From: an uncultured Fidelibacterota bacterium | GTDB lineage: Bacteria > Fidelibacterota > Marinisomatia > Marinisomatales > Marinisomataceae | Length of the DNA: 64,000 bases | Direction: 5' to 3' | Assembly (NCBI GenBank): GCA_902578385.1 | Contig: CACHCR010000001.1 | Location: forward strand, 62,320-126,319 | Shown here: positions 18,324 to 30,600 of the stretch, piece after piece | Layout of the letters: every line of letters starts with the position of its first letter | How positions within the stretch are numbered: the stretch's first letter is position 1 | The notes under the pieces: generated by a model | Told to the model about the DNA's origin: nothing | The model's database searches: none | Seen by the model: only the letters and a program-made list of their open reading frames with translations | Program-made: the position numbers and the translations under genes

Positions 18324-19359
18324 TTAAGTGCACCGAGTTTAGACCGTCTTTTATAATAAAACCAATTTCACTACAGTTGTCTTTTCCAACCAGTGAAACC
18401 AAGCGCTCTTTTTGACTTTTATCTATAATTAATACTAACCCAATTCCCATGTTAAAGGTTTGATATAAATCTTCTTTTTTAATATCAAGGTTGTTTTGTA
18501 AAAACTTAAATATTGGAATCTTGCCCCAAGACTTAGTATTAACAGATAAAGAAAAATCCTTAGGAACAACCCTTGGAACGTTGTCCACCAATCCACCGCC
18601 AGTAATATGAGAAATGCTTTTAAGCGCTATTCCAGCACCAACCGTTTTTTCGATTAGAGAACTATAGTTTGTGTGAGGCGCCAATAAGCTGTCGCCTATT
18701 GATATATTATAGCCAGGCAATGTGTCTGATGTGGTAAGACCCATAGATTCAAAAATTAATTTTCTTGCCAAGGAGTAACCATTTGTATGTAAACCGTTTG
18801 AAAAAACGCCAATAGCAATATCACCATCACAGACGCTAGATCCATCAATTATTTTATTCTTTTCAACAACGCCGGTTGCTACCCCCACCAAGTCATATTC
18901 GTTTGCACGGTATGTTCCAGGCATTTCAGCAGTTTCTCCGCCTACTAAGGAAACCCCATGTTGTTTACATTCTTGGGCAACACTTTTAATAACCTCAGAA
19001 ACAATATTTTTGTCAAGACTGCTACCAGCAACATAGTCCAAAAATGTTAAGGGAACGGCGCCCGTAGCAGCAACATCATTACAACACGCATTAACCAAAT
19101 CGTGCCCTATATATTTAAAGTTGTTTGCGGCCATAGCAACAGACATTTTGGTTCCAACCCCATCAATACTTTGAACTAAAACAGGGTCTTTAAACTCGCT
19201 TAAAACATCTTTTAAAGAATACATTGAACCAAAGCCGCCAATCGAAGACAGGACGTTTTTGCTATATGTACTGCTAATATCTTTTTTTGACATTTCAATA
19301 GCCTCATCAGCTTTTTTAATATCTACTCCCGCATCTTTATAGGTTATTTTTTTATTCAT
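18313..19359 (-). CDS. purM: AIR synthetase PurM
   Basis: 348 aa. Contains the DGVGTK motif (QSIDGVGTKMSVA) and has PurM architecture. Confidence 0.95.
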   Translation of the reverse strand: MNKKITYKDAGVDIKKADEAIEMSKKDISSTYSKNVLSSIGGFGSMYSLKDVLSEFKDPVLVQSIDGVGTKMSVAMAANNFKYIGHDLVNACCNDVAATGAVPLTFLDYVAGSSLDKNIVSEVIKSVAQECKQHGVSLVGGETAEMPGTYRANEYDLVGVATGVVEKNKIIDGSSVCDGDIAIGVFSNGLHTNGYSLARKLIFESMGLTTSDTLPGYNISIGDSLLAPHTNYSSLIEKTVGAGIALKSISHITGGGLVDNVPRVVPKDFSLSVNTKSWGKIPIFKFLQNNLDIKKEDLYQTFNMGIGLVLIIDKSQKERLVSLVGKDNCSEIGFIIKDGLNSVHLSEQ

Positions 19360-21685
19360 TTTTGTAACCTTTCCCTAAGCGAGTTTTCCCAAACCCTTTT
19401 TGCCTTTATTAAATCTAGTTCTATGAAATTTTTAATAATAATTTTGTTGGAATCAACAGTTTTACCAACCTGTTTATAGCTACAGTTCTTGTTGTTTAGG
19501 ATTTTTTCAAAAGCAGCTGAGTTTTTTTCTGAAACCTCAACAAGAAAAGAAAGATTTTCGCTAAACAAACAATTTTTATCTAAGCCCTCAATAACACAGC
19601 CAATATCGTTTAAAAAGCTCATTTTTGTGGCAGTGGTAGCGAGACCGCCCAGCCCAACATAAGAACAAGATTGTAGTAACATGTCTTCATTTGCTTCTAG
19701 AACACAGCCTAACATATTGTTGTATTGTTTTAAATCAACCCCTTCAACTTTTGTGTTGTTAATTCCAAGAATATCGCTAACAATGCTGCCACCAAGAAAA
19801 GTAGACGTTTCCCCCAATAAAAACAAGTTTGACGACAAAGACTGAAACCCGTTTTTTAAAATTCTTTTCTTTTTAATCTTTCCAAAACACCCAATCATTG
19901 GGCTTGCCGGTATAGAACGATCACCACTTTGATTATAAAAACTCACATTGCCCGCAACAATGGGCAGATTTGTTGTTCCGTTAAAGTGCATATTGTCACA
20001 AACATCTCTTATTGCAAGACAGCTTTGTGAAAACTGCCACATTTCTTCTGGTTTTTCGGGGTTACCAAAACACAGACAGTCTGTAAGGGCAATAGGGGCG
20101 GCACCAACTGAAACAGTTTTTGCACAACCCTCTAAAACAGCATATTGAGCCACCAAATAGGGGTCAATTTTACCGATTGCGGGGTTGTGAGAAAGAGCAG
20201 CAGAAAAACAGTCTTCTTTAATTTCTTTTGGAAACTTGTCAGAGTTAAACGGCGCCACTACCCCAGCATTTGTTTGTCCTCTTTCGCTCACAACCCTACC
20301 TTGAACATTTTTATCATAAGACTCATATACTGGCCCACGTGAAGATACGTTTTCGTGGGCTAAAATCTTCAACATCAAATCATTATAGTCCAAAATTTTT
20401 GGCAAATCCTTGTCTTTGGACACAATCACTTTTTTAGACATTGGACGATCATACACAAAGCCCTCATTAATTTTTTCAATAGGGCCGTCCACAAGTTTTT
20501 TGTCACCTGCATACACCGTATAGTGTTGGTCTTTTATAATTTTACCCACAACGCTTGCTTGAGCCCCCATTGAAACATTGGGAAAATCAAACTTCTTGTT
20601 ATAGTGATCTAAGATAGTTTGTGTTAGATCTTTTGGGCTTGCCCACATAAAGCGCTCTTGGGTTTCTGAGCATAAAATAATATGCCCGTCAAGCTCCGGC
20701 ATACTTGTATGAATTTTGTCTACCCACACTTCTGCACCAAAGCCTGCTGCATCTGCTAGCTCTATACTTGCACAAGCAACGCCGCCGGCACCCAAGTCTT
20801 TAAACCCCACAGCATCTATTAAATTATTTTTTTCTAAATATTCAAAAAGAGCATAGGTGGATTTGAGAATGTGTCTTTCCAAAAACGCATTTGGCTCTTG
20901 TACTGCACCCTTGTTTTGTTGTTCTTTTTCCTCTTCAAGCTCTAGGGAGGCAAAGCTTGCACCACCAAAGCCGCTATTGTCTGTAGGCTTACCAACCAAT
21001 ATTAAATCATAATCAACTGAATTTTTTGGAGCCCTAGACCTAATAACGCACTTTTCTTTCACAACCCCAGCTGTTAACACAGTAACTAAGCAATTTTCAT
21101 TATATTCTTTGTCAAAATATAAATCGCCGCAAACGTTAGGAATTCCTAAAGGGTTACCGTATCCAGCAATACCAGAAACAACCCCGTCGCTAATCCACTT
21201 AGTTTTATTTCTATCAACATCTCCAAACCTCAAACTGTCTCCTAGAGACACCACCTCTGCACCCATACAACAAACATCTCTAACATTGCCTCCCACGCCA
21301 GTAGCCGCACCCTCATATGGCACAATTTGGCTCGGGTGGTTGTGTGATTCGTGACTTACAACAAGACCATACCTTTCACCCTTTTTGTCGGACGTCAAAG
21401 AAACAATCCCTGCATCATCTTTTGCACCCAAAATCACGTGCTTGCCGCTGGTAATAAAATGTTTGATATGATTTTTACTGCTTTTATATGAACTGTGTTC
21501 TGATCCTTGGATTGAAAAGAGCACCAGCTCTGTTAACGTGGCTGGTCTTTTTAAAAAAGAGAATTGAATTTTTTTTGCCTCATCTATACTGAGAGGAATA
21601 TTTAAATCTTCAAGAACCTGTTTGATTTGTTCGTCAGAGCTAGAGGAAAAATCAATTGTGTCCCAGCTAGCTATTTTGTTACTCA

Positions 21686-21686
<1 letters not shown>
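19356..21686 (-). CDS. purL: FGAM synthase subunit PurL (small PurL type)
   Basis: 776 aa. Contains VVSHESHNHPSQ and duplicated AIRS-like domains. It lacks the glutaminase and PurS-like domains of large PurL. Confidence 0.95.
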
Positions 21687-22999
<1,313 letters not shown>

Positions 23000-23006
23000 T
23001 TATGTT

Positions 23007-24248
23007 GTGAGTTTTTTATACCAAAACAATACTTTAAAAATTTTTTTAATTTTTTTCTTATTTGTGCTACAGGGGTGTGCTGTTGCGGGGTCAGTCCTTG
23101 TGCCCCTAGACTCTATTGAGCCTCCAAGAGGAAAATATGATATAGGTACACAGGTATATTTTTGGACCGACCAATCGCGAGGTGAAGTATATACAACAGA
23201 TCCCTCAGACTTTAGAGAGCTTATGGTGCAGGTTTGGTACCCAGCTAAGGGCGGTGCAGGTTATCAAAGCGCACCGCATGTTACTTTCCCAAAAAAAGCA
23301 ATCTCGAGCATAGCAAGAACGGCAGGGCTTCCTGCAAATTTTGGTAAGCATGGAACACAGCTTATATCAAGCAGTGTATATGGCCTTACACCAATACAAA
23401 ACGAAAAATTTCCTTTAATCCTTTTTTCGCACGGGGACGGAGGGCTCTTAAATCAAAACACATCACAAGTTGAAGAACTGGTAAGCAACGGTTATGTTGT
23501 AATTGCTTGCAATCACACATATAATGCAAGCATTACGTTTGATAAAAACGGAAAAGAAATATTATATAAACAAAATGTTAGTTGGAACGAGCAGGCCCAA
23601 TACCACAAAAAATATTATACAAACCTATTAATTAATTATAGATACAAAGACCTACTTTTTTTGTTAAACACCTTGAAACAAGAAAATTTTAATGATGGAA
23701 CAAACAACCCATTTAAAAACATTATAAACTTTGACAACGTTGGAGCAATGGGCCACTCTATGGGTGGAGGAACCGCTTACACAGCAATGCTTAAAGACAA
23801 AAACATTAAAGCGGGTGTCGCATTAGACGGCTGGTTTTTTGGACTGCTTGATAGCGAGGCATCAAAAGACACTAAAAAACCATTTTTACACATTGGTCAG
23901 GAACAGTTTCTTGATGATGAAATTGAGGGAGACATAAACGACTCAAACGACGGGAAAAAGAACTTTACGATTTATAACACCATGTTAAAAAACAACAAAG
24001 AAAGTTATGGAGTATATATTAAAAACAGTCTTCACTATTCATATACAGATCTCAAGTTAATTTATAGATCAGGCTCTCCGCTGTCTATTCCCTTAAACAG
24101 CCTTGGTAGAGTTGATAAACAAATTGTCGATGCCGTGATGGATAAAACAGTGTTAGATTTTTTTAATTATGCCCTTAAAAACCAGGACATAAATATCAAC
24201 GATTACAACACCTATAATGGCCAGGTAATTTACAACAAATACCCATAA
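23007..24248 (+). CDS. Secreted lipoprotein, alpha/beta hydrolase of the PAF-acetylhydrolase/lipase-like type
   Basis: 413 aa. Lipobox FVLQGC, PLILFSHGDGG...NGYVVIACNHT, and nucleophile elbow GHSMGG. GTG start. Confidence 0.6.
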   Translation: MSFLYQNNTLKIFLIFFLFVLQGCAVAGSVLVPLDSIEPPRGKYDIGTQVYFWTDQSRGEVYTTDPSDFRELMVQVWYPAKGGAGYQSAPHVTFPKKAISSIARTAGLPANFGKHGTQLISSSVYGLTPIQNEKFPLILFSHGDGGLLNQNTSQVEELVSNGYVVIACNHTYNASITFDKNGKEILYKQNVSWNEQAQYHKKYYTNLLINYRYKDLLFLLNTLKQENFNDGTNNPFKNIINFDNVGAMGHSMGGGTAYTAMLKDKNIKAGVALDGWFFGLLDSEASKDTKKPFLHIGQEQFLDDEIEGDINDSNDGKKNFTIYNTMLKNNKESYGVYIKNSLHYSYTDLKLIYRSGSPLSIPLNSLGRVDKQIVDAVMDKTVLDFFNYALKNQDININDYNTYNGQVIYNKYP

Positions 24249-24353
24249 ACAAATTCTCTGACGACAAAAAACATTTTTATCGTCGATAGGCAAAAAAAAA
24301 TTAGCAAAAAAGTATTGACATCTACGGAAACAATCGTCAATTTAGGTGGAATT

Positions 24354-24386
24354 AGCTTCCGGAAGGGCACGAACCCTTTGGAAGCT
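24354..24386 (+). promoter_or_regulatory. GC-rich stem-loop in the 5' leader of the TBDR operon (AGCTTCCGGAAGGG-CACGAA-CCCTTTGGAAGCT)
   Basis: About 13 pairs (including 2 G-U and one bulged A), read directly. It stands out in an otherwise AT-rich 250-bp spacer. No U-tract follows, so it is not a classical terminator. Confidence 0.4.
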
Positions 24387-24497
24387 GTGTATATATAGTG
24401 AGCTTTTACACATATATATAATAGGGTAAGAAATAAAAATGAAAAAAAACAATAAACAAAAATTTGTATATATAAATACTCATTTGGAGGTAGAATA

Positions 24498-27400
24498 ATG
24501 AGAAAACTACGTATGTTAATTGCGCTGGTTGTCCTACCAACAATGATGTTTGCACAATCAACTACTGCTAAGTTAGCGGGGGTTGTTGCAGATGCTGATG
24601 GTAATCCGTTGGTTGGTGCGAACGTTGTGGTTGAAGGATCAAACCTTGGTGCAGCTACCGATGAATTAGGTAGATACTATATTCTTGACGTTCCTGTAGG
24701 TACTTATGACCTAAGAGCCGAGTATATTGGTTACACAACTGTAATTGAATCAGGAGTAAAAACATCAGTTGGTTTTACAACATCTGTTGATTTTAACCTT
24801 GACGTAGCAGCTGTGGCCGGTCAGGCAGTTACAGTAACAAGAGAAAGACCATTAATTAATCCAAATGCCACAAATACAACTCGTGTTGTTGATAAAGAGT
24901 TGATTGATGCATTTGCTGTTAGAGGGGTAAGCAATATTGTAAACCTACAAACAGGTGTTGTTAATGGATATTTCCGTGGAAGTAGAAGTGGAGACAGTCG
25001 TTACTATGTTGACGGTGTTCCAGTTAAAGATGTTTATGGCGGTGGAAACCTTCTAAACGGTAACTCACAAGCAGCCTTGCAAGAGATCTCAGTTCAAACT
25101 GGTGGTTTCTCTGCGGAATACGGTGGTGCTAATGGTGGTATCGTAAACATCACTACTAAAACAGGTGGATCTGAATGGACATCTAGAGTTGGATTTGAAT
25201 CTTCTTTAGGATCAGACCCAGACACAGATCCTGATAAGCTTTATACAGATGGATACCAAAATGTAAACTTTGATTTTGGTGGTCCAATAAGCGACAACAT
25301 TAAAGTATACTTATCTGTCGAAAGTAAAGAAAAAGGCGGAGACGTATCATACAGTTATTATCCAATGATGGATGCTATGCCGATGCAAGACGCTCCACCA
25401 GCTGATTACTACAGCGATGGAACAGATGGATTGTCATACGGAACGGATGAAAATGGCAATAAGATTCATCACATTGAAACTGTTATTAGAGATAATCAGA
25501 CTGACCCAGCTTTATTAGCTTCAGGGGTAGCTGCTTATGATACAACCTATGTTGTCTACAGTAATTATAGACGTATGTATGGTCAACAACCACAAGATGA
25601 TAACGAAAGAGTTACTATCAATGGTAATATGACCATGGACTTTGGTCCTTTACGTTTAAAACTTGGTACTCAGGCATATGACTATGAAGGACATAGTTAT
25701 AGTTGGAGTAGAGTATATGGTGGAACAGACGGTTCATTTATTAATGAATCAGATTTCGCTATGGGATACTTAAATGCTAGATACACAATTAGTCCATTAT
25801 CATATATTAAGGCTTCATTGTCACAACAGACATATGAAACTACTACAGGTAATGAAAACTACTTAAATGATATCGAAGCATATGGTAGAAGAACAAAGGC
25901 GTACGGATCTCCTAATTATTACAAAAGAGATGGTACAGGCTTTAACCCACTATCACCGGATGAATTCTTTGGTGTAGTTGGTTTTGGTTCTCAAACAACA
26001 AGCTTTAATACTAGAAAAACAACAACGAACACTCTTAGCTTTGACTACACAAACCAAATTGGTTACAACGAGTTCAAGTTAGGTGCTTCTATTGATAATC
26101 ATGAAATCACTAGATACGGCTTAAGTGCTTCAGGGGTTGCAAGAGCAATTTCTCAGGTTGATGCAAACTATGATGGTGTTGCAACAAACGAAGAAATTAT
26201 TGCAGCAGGAAGTGACCCAGCTGACTGGAGATTTATTAACTATAGATCGTTGTATGTTACAAATCTAGGATACAATATTTATGGTGATGAGTGGAACGGA
26301 ACATATAATCAAGACGATCATATGTTAGCTCCAGCAGAGCCAACACAATCACGTTTCTACATTCAAGATAAGCTTGAATTTAAAGATGTAGTTGTTCAGT
26401 TAGGTTTATCATTCGAAACTATCGATACAGGTGCTATGGCTCCTGACTCAGATAATGACGGTTATGGTGATTCTGACGGTTTCAACAATCTATACTTTAA
26501 CAGACAACGTGTAGATAGAAACGGTGATGGAAACGGTAACTATGTTTGGAAAAAAGTTGAAAAAGAAACCGCTACTCACCCAAGAATAGGTGTGTCATTC
26601 CCAGTGTCTGATCGTACAGTATTCCGTGCGAATTATGGTACACACTGGCAATCAGTACCTATGTCTTATTTATATCTTTCAGATTCACAGCTTTCAGCTG
26701 ACATTTTAGCTGGTAACGCTACTGCATCTGAGAATCCTGCACTTAAGCCTGAAAGATCTACTCAGTATGAAATTGGTATTGAGCAGCGTATTGGAGCATT
26801 TGCTTCATTAAAGGTTGAAGGGTTCTATAAAGAAAGTAAAGACTATTTAACGCTTGCTAATCGTACAGAGGCATTCACCAACACAGGTGGTGCTGATACT
26901 CAGCAAAACTGGGCACAATACCAAAATGGTGACGTTATGGTATCTCAAGGTTTGACAACAAACTTTGAAATGCGCAGAACAAGAGGTTTGTACGCACAAG
27001 CTAACTATACTTACTCAGAAGCTAGAGGTACTGGTTCATACGGTGGACAGAACTTCTACATTACTTGGATTGGTACAGATGATGGTTATCCAAAAGCGAT
27101 GAACTTATTAGACTATGACCAAACACACACAGCAAACGTAATTCTTGACTGGAGATCACCTGATGCTACAGGCGCTCTAGCAAACACAGGATTTAATGCT
27201 GTTATGAGTTTTGGTAGTGGTACTCGCTATACCCCATCTCAAATCTATAGTACAGTTTTTGAGAATCGCTGGGAGTTCCCAGAAGGACCAGTAAACTCAG
27301 GTACATTACCTGCATTTTCAAACTTAGATCTACGTGTTGATAGAGCTATCAGCCTTGGCGGTTTAACTGCTAATGCATATATAGCTGTGTTTAACGCATT

Positions 27401-27614
27401 AGATAATGAGCAAGTAAATGATGTTTATCATGGTACTGGTAACGTAGCCGAAGATGGCTGGGTTGCTACTGAAAGTGGGCAACAATGGCTTGCCAATAGA
27501 TTATCTGTCAATCCTGATGTCGATGCAGCTGCTATGTACGAGGACAACCTAGCGTTTCCTGGTAGATGGAACAGACCACGTCAAGTAAGGGTTGGTTTAA
27601 ACATTAGTTTTTAA
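24498..27614 (+). CDS. TonB-dependent receptor-like outer-membrane protein (CarboxypepD_reg + plug + large beta-barrel; SusC/RagA-like architecture)
   Basis: 1038 aa. Signal peptide MRKLRMLIALVVLPTMMFA/QS. Carboxypeptidase-regulatory-like domain (KLAGVVADADGNPLVGANVVVEG...GTYDLRAEYIGY). Plug-like FRGSRSGDSRYYVDGVPV. Long barrel ending RVGLNISF with terminal Phe. SD GGAGG upstream. Confidence 0.85.
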   Translation: MRKLRMLIALVVLPTMMFAQSTTAKLAGVVADADGNPLVGANVVVEGSNLGAATDELGRYYILDVPVGTYDLRAEYIGYTTVIESGVKTSVGFTTSVDFNLDVAAVAGQAVTVTRERPLINPNATNTTRVVDKELIDAFAVRGVSNIVNLQTGVVNGYFRGSRSGDSRYYVDGVPVKDVYGGGNLLNGNSQAALQEISVQTGGFSAEYGGANGGIVNITTKTGGSEWTSRVGFESSLGSDPDTDPDKLYTDGYQNVNFDFGGPISDNIKVYLSVESKEKGGDVSYSYYPMMDAMPMQDAPPADYYSDGTDGLSYGTDENGNKIHHIETVIRDNQTDPALLASGVAAYDTTYVVYSNYRRMYGQQPQDDNERVTINGNMTMDFGPLRLKLGTQAYDYEGHSYSWSRVYGGTDGSFINESDFAMGYLNARYTISPLSYIKASLSQQTYETTTGNENYLNDIEAYGRRTKAYGSPNYYKRDGTGFNPLSPDEFFGVVGFGSQTTSFNTRKTTTNTLSFDYTNQIGYNEFKLGASIDNHEITRYGLSASGVARAISQVDANYDGVATNEEIIAAGSDPADWRFINYRSLYVTNLGYNIYGDEWNGTYNQDDHMLAPAEPTQSRFYIQDKLEFKDVVVQLGLSFETIDTGAMAPDSDNDGYGDSDGFNNLYFNRQRVDRNGDGNGNYVWKKVEKETATHPRIGVSFPVSDRTVFRANYGTHWQSVPMSYLYLSDSQLSADILAGNATASENPALKPERSTQYEIGIEQRIGAFASLKVEGFYKESKDYLTLANRTEAFTNTGGADTQQNWAQYQNGDVMVSQGLTTNFEMRRTRGLYAQANYTYSEARGTGSYGGQNFYITWIGTDDGYPKAMNLLDYDQTHTANVILDWRSPDATGALANTGFNAVMSFGSGTRYTPSQIYSTVFENRWEFPEGPVNSGTLPAFSNLDLRVDRAISLGGLTANAYIAVFNALDNEQVNDVYHGTGNVAEDGWVATESGQQWLANRLSVNPDVDAAAMYEDNLAFPGRWNRPRQVRVGLNISF

Positions 27615-27640
27615 TTAAATAAGAAGGTAAAGAGGTAGAT

Positions 27641-30600
27641 ATGAAAATCTTAAAGAATATTACCGTATTCACATTGGTGATGTTGCTATCAGTTTCTACT
27701 GTACTTGAAGCGAGGGACAAAAATGTCTCTAACTTTAGTAGCAGCACATCTAACTATGTGGATTCTGTCGGTACGTTCGATGGGAATAAGATCTATGCCG
27801 ATGTAGCCAACAACGGCCTCTTCCTGGATTACCACGTTTCTGGTGATTCAGCGTTAGAGTGGCCTAAGGGTACGGGTGTACACTCAATCTTCCAATCTGC
27901 ATTGTGGATGGGAGCGACAGTGAACGGATCTATTCGAACTATCGTTGGAGATTATACACAAGATATGGGTCCAGGCCCATGGGGCGGTGACCCGCTAGCT
28001 GCGGTTCACAGAATCTATAAAGTTGAGAAGAGTATGTTAGCTTCTCCTTTAGATTTTGCTGACTTCCAAGAATGGCCAGTTGATTTTGGTGCACCTTGGG
28101 TGGACGTTGATGGTGATGGAGTTTACTCTCCACTTCCAGGCGGTCCTGATCATCCTGAGTTTCTAGGAGACCAAGTGCTTTGGTTTGTTAGTAATGATGG
28201 TGATCCAGCGTATAAGCTAAATTTTGGTACATCTCCATTAAATGTAGAAATTCAAACAACTATGTTTGGATTTGATAGACCTGACGTTTTTGGTGACATG
28301 GTGTTTTTAAAACAGCTTGTTATTAATTATGGTTCAGATGACTTGGTAGATACATATATGGGACTATGGTCCGACCCTGACCTAGGGTATGCTGGTGACG
28401 ACTTTGTTGGTTGTGACGTAGATCTAGGTATGGGATATGTATGGAATGATGGGGCAGACTCACAGTATGGTACTTTAGATATTGGTACTCCTGCTGCTGG
28501 ATATGACTTCTTCCAAGGACCTATGGTTCCTTGTGAAGACGGTGATTCAGAAGCAGTATGTCCAGCTGAAGGTGCTAAGATGTTTGGTACTCGTCACCCA
28601 GGTATGAAAAACCTTAAAATGTCATCTTTCGCATTCTACATTAATGGTGATGCGACTTACACTGACCCTTCAGATGAAACTGAAGGATACTTTTACTTAC
28701 AAGGTTTAAGAAAAGATGGTAGTGCATATCCAGCTGAGATTGCAGGAGACCTATATGATCAGAAATTCTGTTTCTATGGAGATCCTAACGATGCAGCTGG
28801 TCACAGTACAGCGAACCCAGTTGATGGTAACTATGCAGCATCTGCTGACAGACGTTTCCTAATGAGTGTTGGTCCGTTTACTATGGCGGCTGGAGACTCA
28901 CAAGAAGTTGTGTTTGGTATTTTCCACGCAGCTGGTGGTGACGCTTTATCATCTGTGGCATATTTAAAAGAAGTTGATGCTCTTGCTCAAACAGCATATG
29001 ACATTGACTTTGCATTGCCAGATTCTCCACCTTCACCAAACGTAACAGCAAGTGCATTTGCAGACCAAATTATTTTGGTTTGGGATGATACTGCTGAAGA
29101 TTACGTAGCGACTAGTGAAGTTGATCTTGATGCAGCAGGTAACCCAACAAACTTTGTGTTTGAGGGATACAATGTGTATCAATATGAAACTGCATCTGGT
29201 GCTGGAGCGAAGAAAAGATTAGCAACTTACGATGTCGTAAATGGAGTTACTGAAATTTATGATACTGTATTTAATGCTGAGCTTGGAGAAAATATTAGTA
29301 TTAGAACGCAGTTTGGATCAGACAGCGGATTAGCACAATTTCACGCAATTAGTACTGATGGATTAAGTGGTAATTCAAAACTGATTACAAACAGAGCATA
29401 TTATTATGCTGTAACAGCATACGGTTATAATGCAGACGGTATTCCAAAAACATTGGAAAGTAGCCCTGTATATTTAACTGTAAGACCTGAAGTTCCAAAT
29501 ACAATGTCAGCAGGAGAAGCAACTGCTTCTGCCGGTGATGTTGTATCAGCAGCTCATGACGGTCCTTCACAGGGTTCTGTGGATATGATTGTTGTGGATC
29601 CATCACAATTAACCGGGGATGATTACTCAGTTACTTTTGACGATGCGATGCCTGATGGAACTGTTGCGGTAAACTGGACTCTGACTAACGTTACTGATGG
29701 TAATGTATTAGTTGCTAACAACCCTGTTGTTGGTGGTGTTAATACTGCTACCGGTTTAGAAGTTGGTCCGGGTGGAACTCCAGTTGTTGAAGGTTTCCAA
29801 GTACAGGTTAATGGTCCTCAAGAAGACCTATTATCTGTAAGTGAGTGGGACCACGGCTGGAAAGAAAATGGTGTATTAAGAGACCCTGCGGTTTCATATG
29901 TACCATGGGCTAGTTTAGGACGTACAGGTTATATTATTGAAAACAGAGCTGGTTTACACTATTCAGCTCCGTATAATCGTGACTTCGATAGATTTAACTA
30001 TTGGGAGTCAGACGATGTAGAGCTTGACTTTAGCACTCCATCACTTGGATGGGACTACATTTATGAGTGGGTAAACAGTTATGTTCCATTCTCAACATAC
30101 AGACATAATTTTGCTACTGGTCAAAAAGAGCAAATATATTCTGGATATTGGGACTATGACCGTAACCTTGACTATGAAGGTAGTTTTGCAAACGGTGACT
30201 GGGCTGGACCAATTTATGGTGCACCAGCATGGGAGCCTATTTATGCATTTGTAGGTCATATTGCTTCACCATATGATCCTGCTTTAGAAGCACAATACAT
30301 CGCAGATGATGATTTAATTACATCAGGAGGTTGTGGTTGGGCTTACGTTTGTGATAATTACACAACAAGTGGAGCAACAATTACATATCCATACATGACA
30401 GCGACATTATTCACTGATTATTTAGGGTCTAATGTGCTTCCTACTCAGGCTGGACACGCAGCATGGGGTAGTGGCTATTCAACAGCTAGTTCTGTTGTCT
30501 GGGAAATGAGTAAACCAAATTCTTCAGCTGATACATTTACCTTCTCAACAGCTGGCTTAGAAATGGTTTCAAATGATTATGATCCAGACAGAATTACTGT

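Noticed and set aside
20334-20345. CACGTGAAGA inside purL as another copy of the GTTTCACGTGAAAC palindrome
   Set aside because: Only an 8-nt partial match deep inside coding sequence, consistent with chance.
24260-24286. Inverted repeat CGAC-AAAAA...TTTTT-..-GTCG after the hydrolase gene as its terminator
   Set aside because: There are only ~4 G/C pairs plus A/T pairs, with a 3-nt bulge. An A-run follows rather than a T-run, so it is not convincing as an intrinsic terminator.
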